The translations under genes and the position numbers were made by a program. DNA of 64,000 nucleotides from a virus. Below the pieces are notes generated by a model. The model was not told the DNA's origin and did no database searches. It saw only the letters and a program-made list of their open reading frames with translations. The DNA is taken from IMG/VR virus record IMGVR_UViG_3300025610_000001, one strand, 5' to 3'. Shown piece after piece: positions 52,301 through 61,186 of the stretch (the stretch's first letter is position 1; each line of letters starts with the position of its first letter).

Positions 52301-55300
52301 AGAATAATTACTACTGCAACTTCAGATACTATACAGTTATTAACTTATGCTAGTGCAAGAAATACAAGCAGTAAATTAACTCAAGAATTACATTTGCTAA
52401 ATGGCGGTCACTTATGGAATGGTAAAATTATCTCATTACTAAATCCTAATACTACACAAAATGGAAAAGTCTTTTCATTAGATTATCCTAAACATTATAA
52501 TAGCGGTCTAAGTAGTTCATATTGTTCTGCATTCGGTACGCCATACTATAATATATACAATTTAGAAAAAGGAAACATTAATTCAAGGCAAATTAGAAAC
52601 CATATAAGTTCTATCGAAAGACCAAATGTTTTTGAGTTTTATTCTGAAATTCCTAGCAAAATTAAATATTATGCGAGTACGAATAAATTTGGACTAGGGA
52701 ATACATATTCAGGTGCTACTTTAGTAGATGATATTATTGGAACAGATAAATATATTTCTTCTAGTTTCCCAAACACTTTAGCAGAAGCAAGAGGCTTTGT
52801 CCCAAGTCAAGGTTCTAAATTTTATGATACTACTATACATAAAAGCGGAGGAAGTGCAGATATTGTTGCATTAGACCAAGACCAAATAGAAGCATCTAAT
52901 ACAGTTTCTATTTCAAGTAGTGACTATTTGAGAAGCAACCCTCTTTTCTTGAAAGATTATTTTGGGCATATTGATGCTAAGATAGCAAGAATGTTTTTAT
53001 TTAGTAATAGTGATTTAGAACCGTATAGTAGTTTACGGGAAGACAGTCTTATGTATTTTAGTGTTGATACTGACGGTGTTTCTCATTTCAAGGATATTAC
53101 AAACTACAAACTATTTGCTAAAAGAAAATCAATAGAAACTACAAATTCTGATACTAAATCTTTAACGACAGGACAGACTGTTTCTGTTAAGAATAATGAT
53201 GAGGATTATATATCTTGCGACATTATTTCAGCAGATAAGACACTATCAAGTCTAACTAGATTTTCTATTATGAGATTAACAGAACTTTGTCTAGATTGGT
53301 CTTTTAATCAGTTTGACCCTGAAAATATTCCTAGTAAAGATAAAATGATGCCGCCAATAGGCTTAGAACAAAATATTCTTAGTGTGACAAATACTGCAAA
53401 TATTACTGCATATGATACTAGTACAAATACTGTAACAACCAATACAACTGTTACTGTCGGTGGTTCAGGTCTTTCTAATGGAGATATTTTATATGATTTG
53501 CAAGGAAGATTAATTGGAACGGTTGATAGCCAAAGTTCTACTACTATTACATTTGATAGCGACCCTATCAAAACAAACGGTACTTCCAATACTTGTGCTT
53601 TAGGATATGTTATTACTAGTGGAAATAGAAACCATGACTTATTTTCTGGAAATGGAAAAGGAGATACCTTTATTGACTTTGGTAAAGAAATACATATGTT
53701 AAAAGGATTGGCTACCCAAACTTCACATGAAAGCGATGGTTGGGGGAGTACAAAAGGGGGAGCAACTGACGATAGATGGCGTACCTCTTATAGTGCTTCA
53801 TTTGGCCCACTTTTTTCAGCAAATAATAAAATTCATCTGGTTTTACCATTTGCTTACAATATAAGACACAGTACAACGACGATAGAAAAAGCAGTTAAGT
53901 TATTTGACATATTTAGAAATATGATTGATATTGATGACACAGGTTCAAATAATGATGCTAATGAATATGCTGATAATTTAATTCCTATATTTTTAGATAG
54001 ATATGGAGTAGAGGATGGAGAAGAATTAGCATCAGAAGGTATGGCAGGTCAAGATATTATTGAAGCACACGTTAATAATGGTTCAGGTGCAACAAATAAA
54101 GACACTATTACTATGGCTTGTACTACTGCACCTTTCAATAATAATACTGATGAAGATATTAATGCTGATTATGATGATACTGCTGATGGGGTATTCTTAG
54201 GATTCAAGCCTAAATTAATTTTAAACTATTCTAACTTAACTGCAAGAGTAACAAAGGGAGGAGAAAACGTTTATGAAATAGATGTTGCTTCAAGTGGTGG
54301 AAATGTTTTCTTAGATTTTGTTGATTTAACTGGCTGTTATTTGGTTTCTGAAGCAGGTTTATTTTTAGATTCAGACGGTGATTTAACGGCCAATGTTGGT
54401 TCATTAGATGACGCAAAACCAGACCATATATGCTATGTTATCTCTCATGAACTAGATGCTAGTAATTCAACAAAAACTCATAGATTAATTTTAGATAATG
54501 ATTTTGGTTCAGGCTCAGATAGAATTTTTAGAATTATGCAACCTAATCATACTTGTTTTCACAGTTTTTCTCCTAAAGAAATAAAACTCCAGATGACAAG
54601 TTCTCGATATACAAAGATGCCTTCTAGTAATCAATGCTATAATGGTATCAATTCTTTCTTTAATAGAAATTCCAAGGGTGGTAGGGACATAAAAGGAAAC
54701 AACGAAGGAATACTCTCAATGTATGTTTTAGTTGATTGTGATAATCAAAATAATAATACAAGTGAAAAACACACAGTTATTAGGCATCATAGTAGTTATG
54801 CAAACATTTTACCATCTCAAGCCACTACTGTTAATGTTTCAGATGGCGATAATAACTTAAAAACAGAAATAGAATACTTTTCTGGAATTACAGGATTAAG
54901 TTCTTCTGTAAACGAAATATTAACTTTTGCACAAATGAAAGAAATGCTAGGAGTTGTTTCAGTTTCAGAAATTTTAAACATTACAGTAAATGCCGAAATT
55001 GATTCTGACTTTACTAGGGCTTGTATTGGCTCAACACTTACAGTAGCAAATGAAACAGATAAACTTATTGACAATCTATTAAAAGATAATAATATAGAAG
55101 TGGATGTTACTGATAGCAACTATCCTTTGTTCTTAGCACCTAATTTTCAAGGAGTTGATTTATTTTCAGCAGTTAATTTCTTATTAGAAAGAAAGGATAA
55201 AAGTATTTTATATGAATATGATAAGTTTAAGGTTTTGGATAAAAAGGATAACCAATTTTATAGCGAAGTAATTCTTGAAGAGAATGGAGATTTGCAGATA

Positions 55301-55960
55301 TATGATTTACAAAAAGAATCAAATATGTTTAACGTATATAATGAAATTGTAGTATATGGAAAAAATCATAGAGGAATTCGTAAAAGAAATAAAAGTATTA
55401 AAAAAATTGGTATTAAAACACTAGAAGTCCATGAACCCGAACTTACTTCACAAGAAGAAGTTGATAGAAGGGCTAGAGTATTGAGAGAGGTTCATTCAGA
55501 AGATAGTAATAATAGATTATTTAAGGTAACTATCGGCCATTCAGGAATTTCTCAATTAAGAGGCGGCGATTTAATTAGATTGAATGTCCCTAGAGAAAAT
55601 ATTGAAAATGAACAAGTTATTGTATTACAGATAAAACATCTACTTAATGGTTTAATGGAATTGCAATTAGGTAAATTTAGCAGATTGCTAGAAGATATAT
55701 TTGCAGAATTACAAATTAAAAATAAAACAGTTGATGCTAATTTAAGAAAGCAACAATATGGAGAAGAAAACATCATTAAGATAGACATTGAAGATAAATT
55801 TAAAATTAAACAACTTAGACTATTTGTGAGAAAAAGAACCTCTTCTGGTTCATTTAAGTTAGGTTTTGGAACAGCATTAAATACAGGAACAAACACGCTT
55901 GGCTATGGGGTCGGCACAGGCATTACATTCACTACTTTGATAGATGAGGAATTAATATGA
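49388..55960 (+). CDS. Giant tail tip/fibre protein, 2190 aa
   Basis: A single uninterrupted ORF. S/T/N-rich and beta-rich. Position corresponds to a tail-associated central fibre. Confidence 0.7.
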   Translation: MAQNLKVFGIGETAVDTQSSDQYNVPTNPKFTAEGTFSSSLRASDNVEQTRLYSLIYPSHLTSGVASGEFTEVGTSTANTIRFNLATTNGSRIKCYDENTGTGVKLDSTNYDSDHHYFVLIHAKNHLKHHFARVTKVLTEDTEGDAFSFEPALGNEIELNTDFMLFKGPHKTSTAVAFSAGIKQDLQNSLVCSKPLFYFLKTNEKHFTANLSSGSALIAISTLSGIESGNLQVGMKISGKNIPANTTISLITTTHITMSNNASASSTGELITIENYNEDYTLDKDDQLDHNIKYTAAISTTNTSGAINTFYLSVFGTMQDFSNKIVDYSKYSMKLELVDKLRELDENHAKGIGSGTANSNEDTSLSAYNYTDYTETLLNSRRSLADAKQSTSSDKSGPIRYVHYDYSPKKVNIISNVLDLELEQSYAPRGSFASSKVIDNSKMLGVKINDFEKYRIRHRVFRGDLSEFVDIPAKVNAFNSSREYSFHTDFELYNYLNVGDEVKIGDYILFVEALPTNGISFSDLIRTENSQQFKTASQLGLSWSSLLTADQQLKRRAFNFKDRTLLSSFNIVENREKELFVSIVSKDFEYLEAEVVVSNSKLGLLYLKFGEKAYSNTETSMRYATGIFNIEIERFTGKIEKIEAFKENQQNFIKIEGRDEFSQLLGPIVNRNTAFSEDIIYSTNSPYNTLTSLSSNGDFSFNSVNITNTSSISLTAGDRIFAEINDHFIFVGVIKNNTSSATTHELEEKAFAKSTGKALYKASTKNYMLTKALSSNPLVSSETSLKGSADKGIFFSGGAIVDSNENASEGTSLIGTSSSNNEKGVGYFIHQPKGISSDNYFQCRLTNNDNSAFQSFDTVNTLLDFEILNISEENGNKVLEVAPYMPLSLGRVELNYANTRNTTFTDIGNPTATSNKNYFDITVTHGHNFLSSTSDKRNHHGKPVFKNGEFLGFITFAYLRTDYSTVRVFVDRIITTATSDTIQLLTYASARNTSSKLTQELHLLNGGHLWNGKIISLLNPNTTQNGKVFSLDYPKHYNSGLSSSYCSAFGTPYYNIYNLEKGNINSRQIRNHISSIERPNVFEFYSEIPSKIKYYASTNKFGLGNTYSGATLVDDIIGTDKYISSSFPNTLAEARGFVPSQGSKFYDTTIHKSGGSADIVALDQDQIEASNTVSISSSDYLRSNPLFLKDYFGHIDAKIARMFLFSNSDLEPYSSLREDSLMYFSVDTDGVSHFKDITNYKLFAKRKSIETTNSDTKSLTTGQTVSVKNNDEDYISCDIISADKTLSSLTRFSIMRLTELCLDWSFNQFDPENIPSKDKMMPPIGLEQNILSVTNTANITAYDTSTNTVTTNTTVTVGGSGLSNGDILYDLQGRLIGTVDSQSSTTITFDSDPIKTNGTSNTCALGYVITSGNRNHDLFSGNGKGDTFIDFGKEIHMLKGLATQTSHESDGWGSTKGGATDDRWRTSYSASFGPLFSANNKIHLVLPFAYNIRHSTTTIEKAVKLFDIFRNMIDIDDTGSNNDANEYADNLIPIFLDRYGVEDGEELASEGMAGQDIIEAHVNNGSGATNKDTITMACTTAPFNNNTDEDINADYDDTADGVFLGFKPKLILNYSNLTARVTKGGENVYEIDVASSGGNVFLDFVDLTGCYLVSEAGLFLDSDGDLTANVGSLDDAKPDHICYVISHELDASNSTKTHRLILDNDFGSGSDRIFRIMQPNHTCFHSFSPKEIKLQMTSSRYTKMPSSNQCYNGINSFFNRNSKGGRDIKGNNEGILSMYVLVDCDNQNNNTSEKHTVIRHHSSYANILPSQATTVNVSDGDNNLKTEIEYFSGITGLSSSVNEILTFAQMKEMLGVVSVSEILNITVNAEIDSDFTRACIGSTLTVANETDKLIDNLLKDNNIEVDVTDSNYPLFLAPNFQGVDLFSAVNFLLERKDKSILYEYDKFKVLDKKDNQFYSEVILEENGDLQIYDLQKESNMFNVYNEIVVYGKNHRGIRKRNKSIKKIGIKTLEVHEPELTSQEEVDRRARVLREVHSEDSNNRLFKVTIGHSGISQLRGGDLIRLNVPRENIENEQVIVLQIKHLLNGLMELQLGKFSRLLEDIFAELQIKNKTVDANLRKQQYGEENIIKIDIEDKFKIKQLRLFVRKRTSSGSFKLGFGTALNTGTNTLGYGVGTGITFTTLIDEELI

Positions 55961-56307
55961 TAACAGAAAAAACAAAAGAATTGATTGCAACATACTTAGC
56001 AGGTCTTGTAAATACTCCTAATAAATTTGATATTGGATTAGGTGGGAATGCAACTAGTCCAGCATCAACTACTTTAGATGTACCCCTTACAACAATACCA
56101 ATAACTACTGGTGCAGTAACGGCTGATAATGTAATTGAATTCCAAGCAATCTTTGATGGTGCTGATTCTACAATGACAGGAAATGTTATTCGTGAGTTTG
56201 GAATAACAGACGGAACTAATCTTCTAGCAAGAGTTAATTTTAATGGAGTTGGCCCATTTGCATCAAATGAAGATTTAGAAATTTTTTATACAATAGAGGT
56301 GGAATGA
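55957..56307 (+). CDS. Small tail-fibre-associated protein, 116 aa
   Basis: Track ORF with ATGA overlap. Confidence 0.6.
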   Translation: MITEKTKELIATYLAGLVNTPNKFDIGLGGNATSPASTTLDVPLTTIPITTGAVTADNVIEFQAIFDGADSTMTGNVIREFGITDGTNLLARVNFNGVGPFASNEDLEIFYTIEVE

Positions 56308-56308
56308 T

Positions 56309-57739
56309 ATGGCAGACGAAAACCCGCACCAATTTAGCACACAGACAACAGGCGTAACTTTTGGTCAAATAACTGATGATACTGATTTTCCTCACACTGG
56401 TTTAATTAAATCATTAAGTCTTATGGCTAAAGGAAATATGGCTGTAAAAGGTTCAGCAACAGATTTTGATATTACCCAAGCAAGTTCTGGGAATGTTATT
56501 CAAGTTGCCGCAGGTAGAATATTTAAAGATAATAAATTTACTGCTCAAGTAGCCGCCAAAAACTTTACTTCTAGCGCATTTGATACAACAACAGGAAATA
56601 GTTTTTATCATTTACTTGTTGTTGATGCTTCAAATGTTTTACAAGTTAGAAAGCATGGTAGTTCTACTGCAAATAAAGTTCCAGAATATACAGAAGGAGA
56701 TACTATTATTGCAGTAATTATGTTTAACTCTTCTACTGCTGCTTTAGGAAGTATGCAGATTCAATTCTTAACAACAGGTAAAGTTGAGAATAGTTTAAGT
56801 ATTGGTTATGATGATAGTGGATATACAGAAGCGGGTTCTTTAACAGGAACTTCTGATGGTATTACTATGACAGGATTATACAAACTAGATACTTTACCTA
56901 CTGCTACTGTTGCAACAGATGATAAATTAATTATTCAAGACACAAATGATTCTGATAAAATTAAAACTGTAACTGCCCAATCAATTGCAAATTTGGCTAG
57001 TTATAGTGATTCTAATGCTATTTCAGCAGTAGAAGGTGAAGCAACATTAGATTTAACTGGGGATGTAACAATTGCCGCAGGTAAGGATTTAACCGTTGAT
57101 ACTAACACATTACACGTTGATTCTGCAAATAATAGAGTAGGTATTGGAACAACTTCTCCTGATATGTCTTTAGATGTAATACAATCAGGAACAACTATTG
57201 CAAGAGTAGCAAGCACAGGTTCACACGCTAATTTGCGCTTTGGTCGGGCTAATTCATCTTATGATGCGGCTATGTTATTTTATGACGATATGGCTACTAC
57301 TCCTTCATTACAATGGCGTATTCAAATGACAAGTGGCGGAAGTGATTTATCCATTCGTGACGAAGATGGAAGCCCTGATGGTCAAGAAATAATGAAATTT
57401 AAAGATGGTGGCGGTATTGATATTAATTGTGATGTAGAAATGCCAGTCGCACATAAATTAAGAACGGGAGAAATAGAAATTGAAGGCGATTTAAACCATG
57501 ATGGTTCAAATGTCGGTTTCTTTGGAACTGCTGTTGCTTCTCGTCAAAATGTAGGTAATGGTTCTTTTGTAACTAATCCAGTTAATTTTGGCCGACCAGT
57601 TCCTGACCCGTCTGCAAATCCTGGATTTGAGCCTAATGTAGATAATTACATCGCTCAACTTGAAAATGAAATAGTTACTATTTCAACTAAGTTAAACGAT
57701 TTAATAGACGCTTTACAGTTGTATGGTTTAATTTTGTGA
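56309..57739 (+). CDS. Tail fibre protein, 476 aa
   Basis: Contains DDKLIIQDTNDSDKIKTVTAQSIANL and NNRVGIGTTSPDMSLDV, motifs common in phage fibre proteins (recognised from memory). Confidence 0.6.
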   Translation: MADENPHQFSTQTTGVTFGQITDDTDFPHTGLIKSLSLMAKGNMAVKGSATDFDITQASSGNVIQVAAGRIFKDNKFTAQVAAKNFTSSAFDTTTGNSFYHLLVVDASNVLQVRKHGSSTANKVPEYTEGDTIIAVIMFNSSTAALGSMQIQFLTTGKVENSLSIGYDDSGYTEAGSLTGTSDGITMTGLYKLDTLPTATVATDDKLIIQDTNDSDKIKTVTAQSIANLASYSDSNAISAVEGEATLDLTGDVTIAAGKDLTVDTNTLHVDSANNRVGIGTTSPDMSLDVIQSGTTIARVASTGSHANLRFGRANSSYDAAMLFYDDMATTPSLQWRIQMTSGGSDLSIRDEDGSPDGQEIMKFKDGGGIDINCDVEMPVAHKLRTGEIEIEGDLNHDGSNVGFFGTAVASRQNVGNGSFVTNPVNFGRPVPDPSANPGFEPNVDNYIAQLENEIVTISTKLNDLIDALQLYGLIL

Positions 57740-57743
57740 TTAT

Positions 57744-57827
57744 ATGAAATTATTCATATTGGCTATAATAGCCTTTGCTGTAGGTTTTCTATCTACATGG
57801 CTTGCAACAATTGATGAAAAATGGTAA
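57744..57827 (+). CDS. Hydrophobic micro-protein, 27 aa (MKLFILAIIAFAVGFLSTWLATIDEKW)
   Basis: GTGATTAT SD. Last ORF of the plus-strand block. Confidence 0.35.
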   Translation: MKLFILAIIAFAVGFLSTWLATIDEKW

Positions 57828-57839
57828 ATTCCAAAAGCC

Positions 57840-57881
57840 AAAAAAAAGAGGGAAGGCGACCCAAAAGAGCCACCTTCCCTC
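57840..57881 (-). terminator. Convergent-block terminator: 9-bp stem plus T8 on the minus strand
   Basis: GAGGGAAGG (57848-57856) pairs with CCTTCCCTC (57873-57881). Plus-strand A8 at 57840-57847. Sits between the plus-strand and minus-strand blocks. Confidence 0.6.
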
Positions 57882-58023
57882 AAATAGTCTTAATTGACCA
57901 AATTTTCTGACATTCCCGACATTCCCACAACTTTACCTGTTCGGGAGAACCTACATAAAAACCCAATAGACGCTTCGCTAACGTCTTATTGCCACAATAC
58001 GGGCATTGTTGCTTCAATCCCAT
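57880..58023 (-). CDS. Zinc-ribbon micro-protein, 47 aa (CPYC...CREC)
   Basis: TAATG overlap with the upstream ORF. Its stop lies inside the terminator stem. Not in the track. Confidence 0.45.
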   Translation of the reverse strand: MGLKQQCPYCGNKTLAKRLLGFYVGSPEQVKLWECRECQKIWSIKTI

Positions 58024-58172
58024 TACTGTCCATCTTCCTTGTTTCTCATCAATCTTCTCATATAATCTTCAACGCTGTCATCGGTGATATTTGTTCCACC
58101 AAATGCAGCGAAAAAGAGCAATAAGAGAACTGTTAAGAAAACAAGAAGAAAGAACCAATCCCAGCCTTCCAT
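58023..58172 (-). CDS. Membrane micro-protein, 49 aa (MEGWDWFFLLVFLTVLLLLFFAAFGG...)
   Basis: TAATG overlap with the exonuclease stop. Not in the track. Confidence 0.45.
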   Translation of the reverse strand: MEGWDWFFLLVFLTVLLLLFFAAFGGTNITDDSVEDYMRRLMRNKEDGQ

Positions 58173-58765
58173 TACCATTTCACCTCTAATTCTACAAACT
58201 TTTCTTTATCGACAGAAAATGCTTTGACAATCCCATTGTCTTGACCATATTTCCAAAGGTCATACACTAGTTGAGTATCTTTCATACAATACTCAACGAC
58301 TTCATCATATTGACCAGCCTTCCATAACTTAGGAGCATCAGCACTATCCATGAGTTTAAAATCATTCATTGTGCATTTAACTAAGTTACTTAATGGGAAT
58401 CTTTCACCATGTTCTTTGGTTAAGATTCTGCTAGTATCAATATATCTTTTATCTTCTAGATATTGTTTAATACAATAAATATCCATAGAGTCTTTCAGAA
58501 TAGGCAAATCAAATGCGGCAATATTATGTCCTAATAATACTCCACCTTTCTGAAAATGCTCATCTAAATCATACTTTAGTTCTCTTAAAGACTTTACAAT
58601 ATGACCAGACTTAGCAAAAGAATCAACGGGTTCATCAACATAAACAGTTCCAGTATTTCCATCCCATGTAGCAACGGTTGATACTTGAAACATATGCGTA
58701 TTACCAAAACCGCCTATGTCATACGACATATTTTTTGTTTCGATATCAAGAGCCATTACTGACAT
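58172..58765 (-). CDS. DnaQ-like 3'-5' exonuclease (DEDDy type)
   Basis: Exo I ALDIET, Exo II GHNIAAFDLPIL, Exo III YCMKD. Confidence 0.7.
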   Translation of the reverse strand: MSVMALDIETKNMSYDIGGFGNTHMFQVSTVATWDGNTGTVYVDEPVDSFAKSGHIVKSLRELKYDLDEHFQKGGVLLGHNIAAFDLPILKDSMDIYCIKQYLEDKRYIDTSRILTKEHGERFPLSNLVKCTMNDFKLMDSADAPKLWKAGQYDEVVEYCMKDTQLVYDLWKYGQDNGIVKAFSVDKEKFVELEVKW

Positions 58766-58770
58766 TTAAC

Positions 58771-58995
58771 TCAATCCTGCGACCAAAGTTTAGAAATCTT
58801 TTCTGTTTCTTTATCCACTTTAGGTTCTTCATCAACATCAATTCTTCGCTTTAAGAAGCAAACAATGTTACTGCCCGCTACTGTTAGCATAGAACAACAT
58901 TCCCAGCCATCAGCACCATATGTATCTAATGATTCTATAATTACTTTTGGCCCTTTTGATACTTCAAACACTAGGTATGTATTTTCCCATTTCAT
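58771..58995 (-). CDS. Hypothetical protein, 74 aa
   Basis: Track ORF with ATGA overlap to the upstream gene. Confidence 0.65.
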   Translation of the reverse strand: MKWENTYLVFEVSKGPKVIIESLDTYGADGWECCSMLTVAGSNIVCFLKRRIDVDEEPKVDKETEKISKLWSQD

Positions 58996-60494
58996 TTCTT
59001 TTCCTCTCCTTTAAATTTAATAAATACTGCTCGGCCTTGTTTTTCTATTTCAAATAGGTTTTCAATTGATTTGAAGTAGTTGTAAACACTAGCCTGACTT
59101 TTCTTGCTTTCTCTTTTCACTTCTGATAAGAAATCTTTTTTACTTATGAATCCGTCTTCATCTTTTTCCATAGCAACATAAACAGTCTTAAATGTGCTTA
59201 ACATTGATTTTTCAGTAACCGAAGTTCGACGGACACGGAGGCTACGTTCAAGCCATGCGACAAGGGTTATATAACACTTTTCTGCAATCTGTCCTGCTTG
59301 TTCGACGTTTTTACCTGTAACAATGAATCTCTTATCTTTATCTCTAATGCTTCTTGCTTGAGATATAGAACATAAAACTGCCATCTTTTTAAGATTTTGA
59401 TTCAGACGAGTAATAAATACATCAAGAATTTCCTTTACTTCCTTTCTTGAATCTGAAATATAGTTATCCATTTTATCATATTCATAGAGTAATCTATCTC
59501 TTGCTTCTTGAGTATAAGTCATTGTTTTCAACGGGTCGCAACCTACTTCAACAAATCTCTCTTTTACAAGATTGTAGATTTCAAATATATTATTTGCAAA
59601 TCTTTCTGTTGGTGGTTCTTCTCTTTCAGTTATTACACCAAACTGACTAATTAATTCTCTTCTAATTTTATCTTGAACGAAAGAAGGAACATCATGAACA
59701 TACATAACCATTCTTGGTAATACACCTGTTGTAGCCATAATCTCTTGTAGGTTTCTAGGAGGATATGTCATAGCAACTACTGTTCTTTGACAATAGCAAT
59801 TAACTACTCCACCCTCTTTTAATTGTTTATTAATTACCCAAGATTCTCCAGTTAAAGAATTCATTAAGGTATTCAAATATACAATAGAATTACCTTTGTG
59901 TTGGCTTTCCTTGAAGATACCCGAATACTCAAATTCATCCCAGTGGGCTATTCCGTTTCCTTCCAATGCCCCTGCAACTCTTTCATAATAAACATCTCCT
60001 ATTTGTTCTCCATGTAATTCTGCTTCTTCATCATTTCTAATGATTTTCTTATCCATATAACCAATTAATGCAGCATCAGTATAATCAACTAAAGAGAAAA
60101 CATCAAAGAAAGTATCTGCTATTTCTCCAGCATCTCTTAATTGTGGAGGATGTGTTCCTGTTTCGTTAATCTTTTTAAATACTGACTTAGTAATTGGGCC
60201 TACAAATCTCCAAAGTGTTGATTTACCTGTACCTGAAGTTTGAATCCAACACAAATGTATTCTAATATCATCAGTTAAATCACCGTCAGGTATATGCACA
60301 AAGTCTTTACATACTGCACTTAATAAATTATAATACATTAATAGTGCAGGAGTATCGTTATGCTTTGAGTAACTAGTTGCAGTATCAGCCCATGCTTTCA
60401 TAATAGCAGGTAGTTCCGTTTTACTTACTGCGCCCATATCTTCTGTAAATTGCGCCCAGTAATCTTCTTCATTCATTTCATATTCATCTATCAT
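58992..60494 (-). CDS. MCM-like AAA+ ATPase; putative replicative helicase
   Basis: Walker A TSGTGKST and Walker B IAHWDEFE. QRTVVAMTYPP resembles the MCM sensor-1 region and GVLPRMVMYVHD resembles the SRFDLIF arginine-finger region. Confidence 0.55.
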   Translation of the reverse strand: MIDEYEMNEEDYWAQFTEDMGAVSKTELPAIMKAWADTATSYSKHNDTPALLMYYNLLSAVCKDFVHIPDGDLTDDIRIHLCWIQTSGTGKSTLWRFVGPITKSVFKKINETGTHPPQLRDAGEIADTFFDVFSLVDYTDAALIGYMDKKIIRNDEEAELHGEQIGDVYYERVAGALEGNGIAHWDEFEYSGIFKESQHKGNSIVYLNTLMNSLTGESWVINKQLKEGGVVNCYCQRTVVAMTYPPRNLQEIMATTGVLPRMVMYVHDVPSFVQDKIRRELISQFGVITEREEPPTERFANNIFEIYNLVKERFVEVGCDPLKTMTYTQEARDRLLYEYDKMDNYISDSRKEVKEILDVFITRLNQNLKKMAVLCSISQARSIRDKDKRFIVTGKNVEQAGQIAEKCYITLVAWLERSLRVRRTSVTEKSMLSTFKTVYVAMEKDEDGFISKKDFLSEVKRESKKSQASVYNYFKSIENLFEIEKQGRAVFIKFKGEEKK

Positions 60495-61186
60495 AGTTTC
60501 ACCTTATCTTCTGAATTTAATACGTTAAGTATTCTGTCTGCTAATACTTTTCCAAACCCATCTAGTTTTTGTATGTCAAAACTAGTTTGTTCTCCTATTT
60601 CCATAACAGACCCAAAAGTATCAATTAATACCTTTGCTTTTTTATAGGATACGCCTTTGATGCTAGTTAAAATATCAAGTCTTAAATCGTCGGTGCTTAT
60701 TCTCTTAAATACTTGTGGTCTTATAACTTCTCTTTCTATTGGTTGCATTTTACAAATCGCTGTAATTATCAATGACGCTTCTTCTTCGCTCTTTACCCAA
60801 AAGGGTTTTATATCCGTGTCTAATACAATTCTACCTATTGCTCCTAGAAATTTATTTGATAACATAATCTTTCTAGAAGCGATAGGTAATTTGCTTTTAC
60901 TGTGTTCAATAATATTGTATATTCCTTCTGATAAATCTCCATAGATAATTACAACATTGTTCTTGTAATGTCTATCCATATTATCTAATTGAGTCCATAA
61001 TCTTTTAGACATTACAGACCCAATAAAATCTACAACAGACTTTGCTTCAAAGCATACATCAGCAAAAACATAATCTCCTATTTCTAGCCATTTCTTTTCT
61101 GTTTGTATATTTAGAATTCTCGCTCGTTCTTCAACGAGTTTGACAATTTTAGAACCTTCTTTTTCTCTACTATCAATTATTAACAT
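60491..61186 (-). CDS. XPF/ERCC4-family nuclease with a C-terminal (HhH)2 domain
   Basis: IIDSRE, GDYVF and FEAKSVVDF (ERKxxxD-like). C-terminal IKGVSYKKAKVL and LDGFGKVLADRIL hairpins. Confidence 0.6.
   Translation of the reverse strand: MLIIDSREKEGSKIVKLVEERARILNIQTEKKWLEIGDYVFADVCFEAKSVVDFIGSVMSKRLWTQLDNMDRHYKNNVVIIYGDLSEGIYNIIEHSKSKLPIASRKIMLSNKFLGAIGRIVLDTDIKPFWVKSEEEASLIITAICKMQPIEREVIRPQVFKRISTDDLRLDILTSIKGVSYKKAKVLIDTFGSVMEIGEQTSFDIQKLDGFGKVLADRILNVLNSEDKVKL

Noticed and set aside
57894-58124. Plus-strand ORF of 76 aa
   Set aside because: It starts at TTG with no SD, lies downstream of the block terminator, and is antisense to two minus-strand micro-ORFs that are chained by TAATG overlaps to the exonuclease gene.
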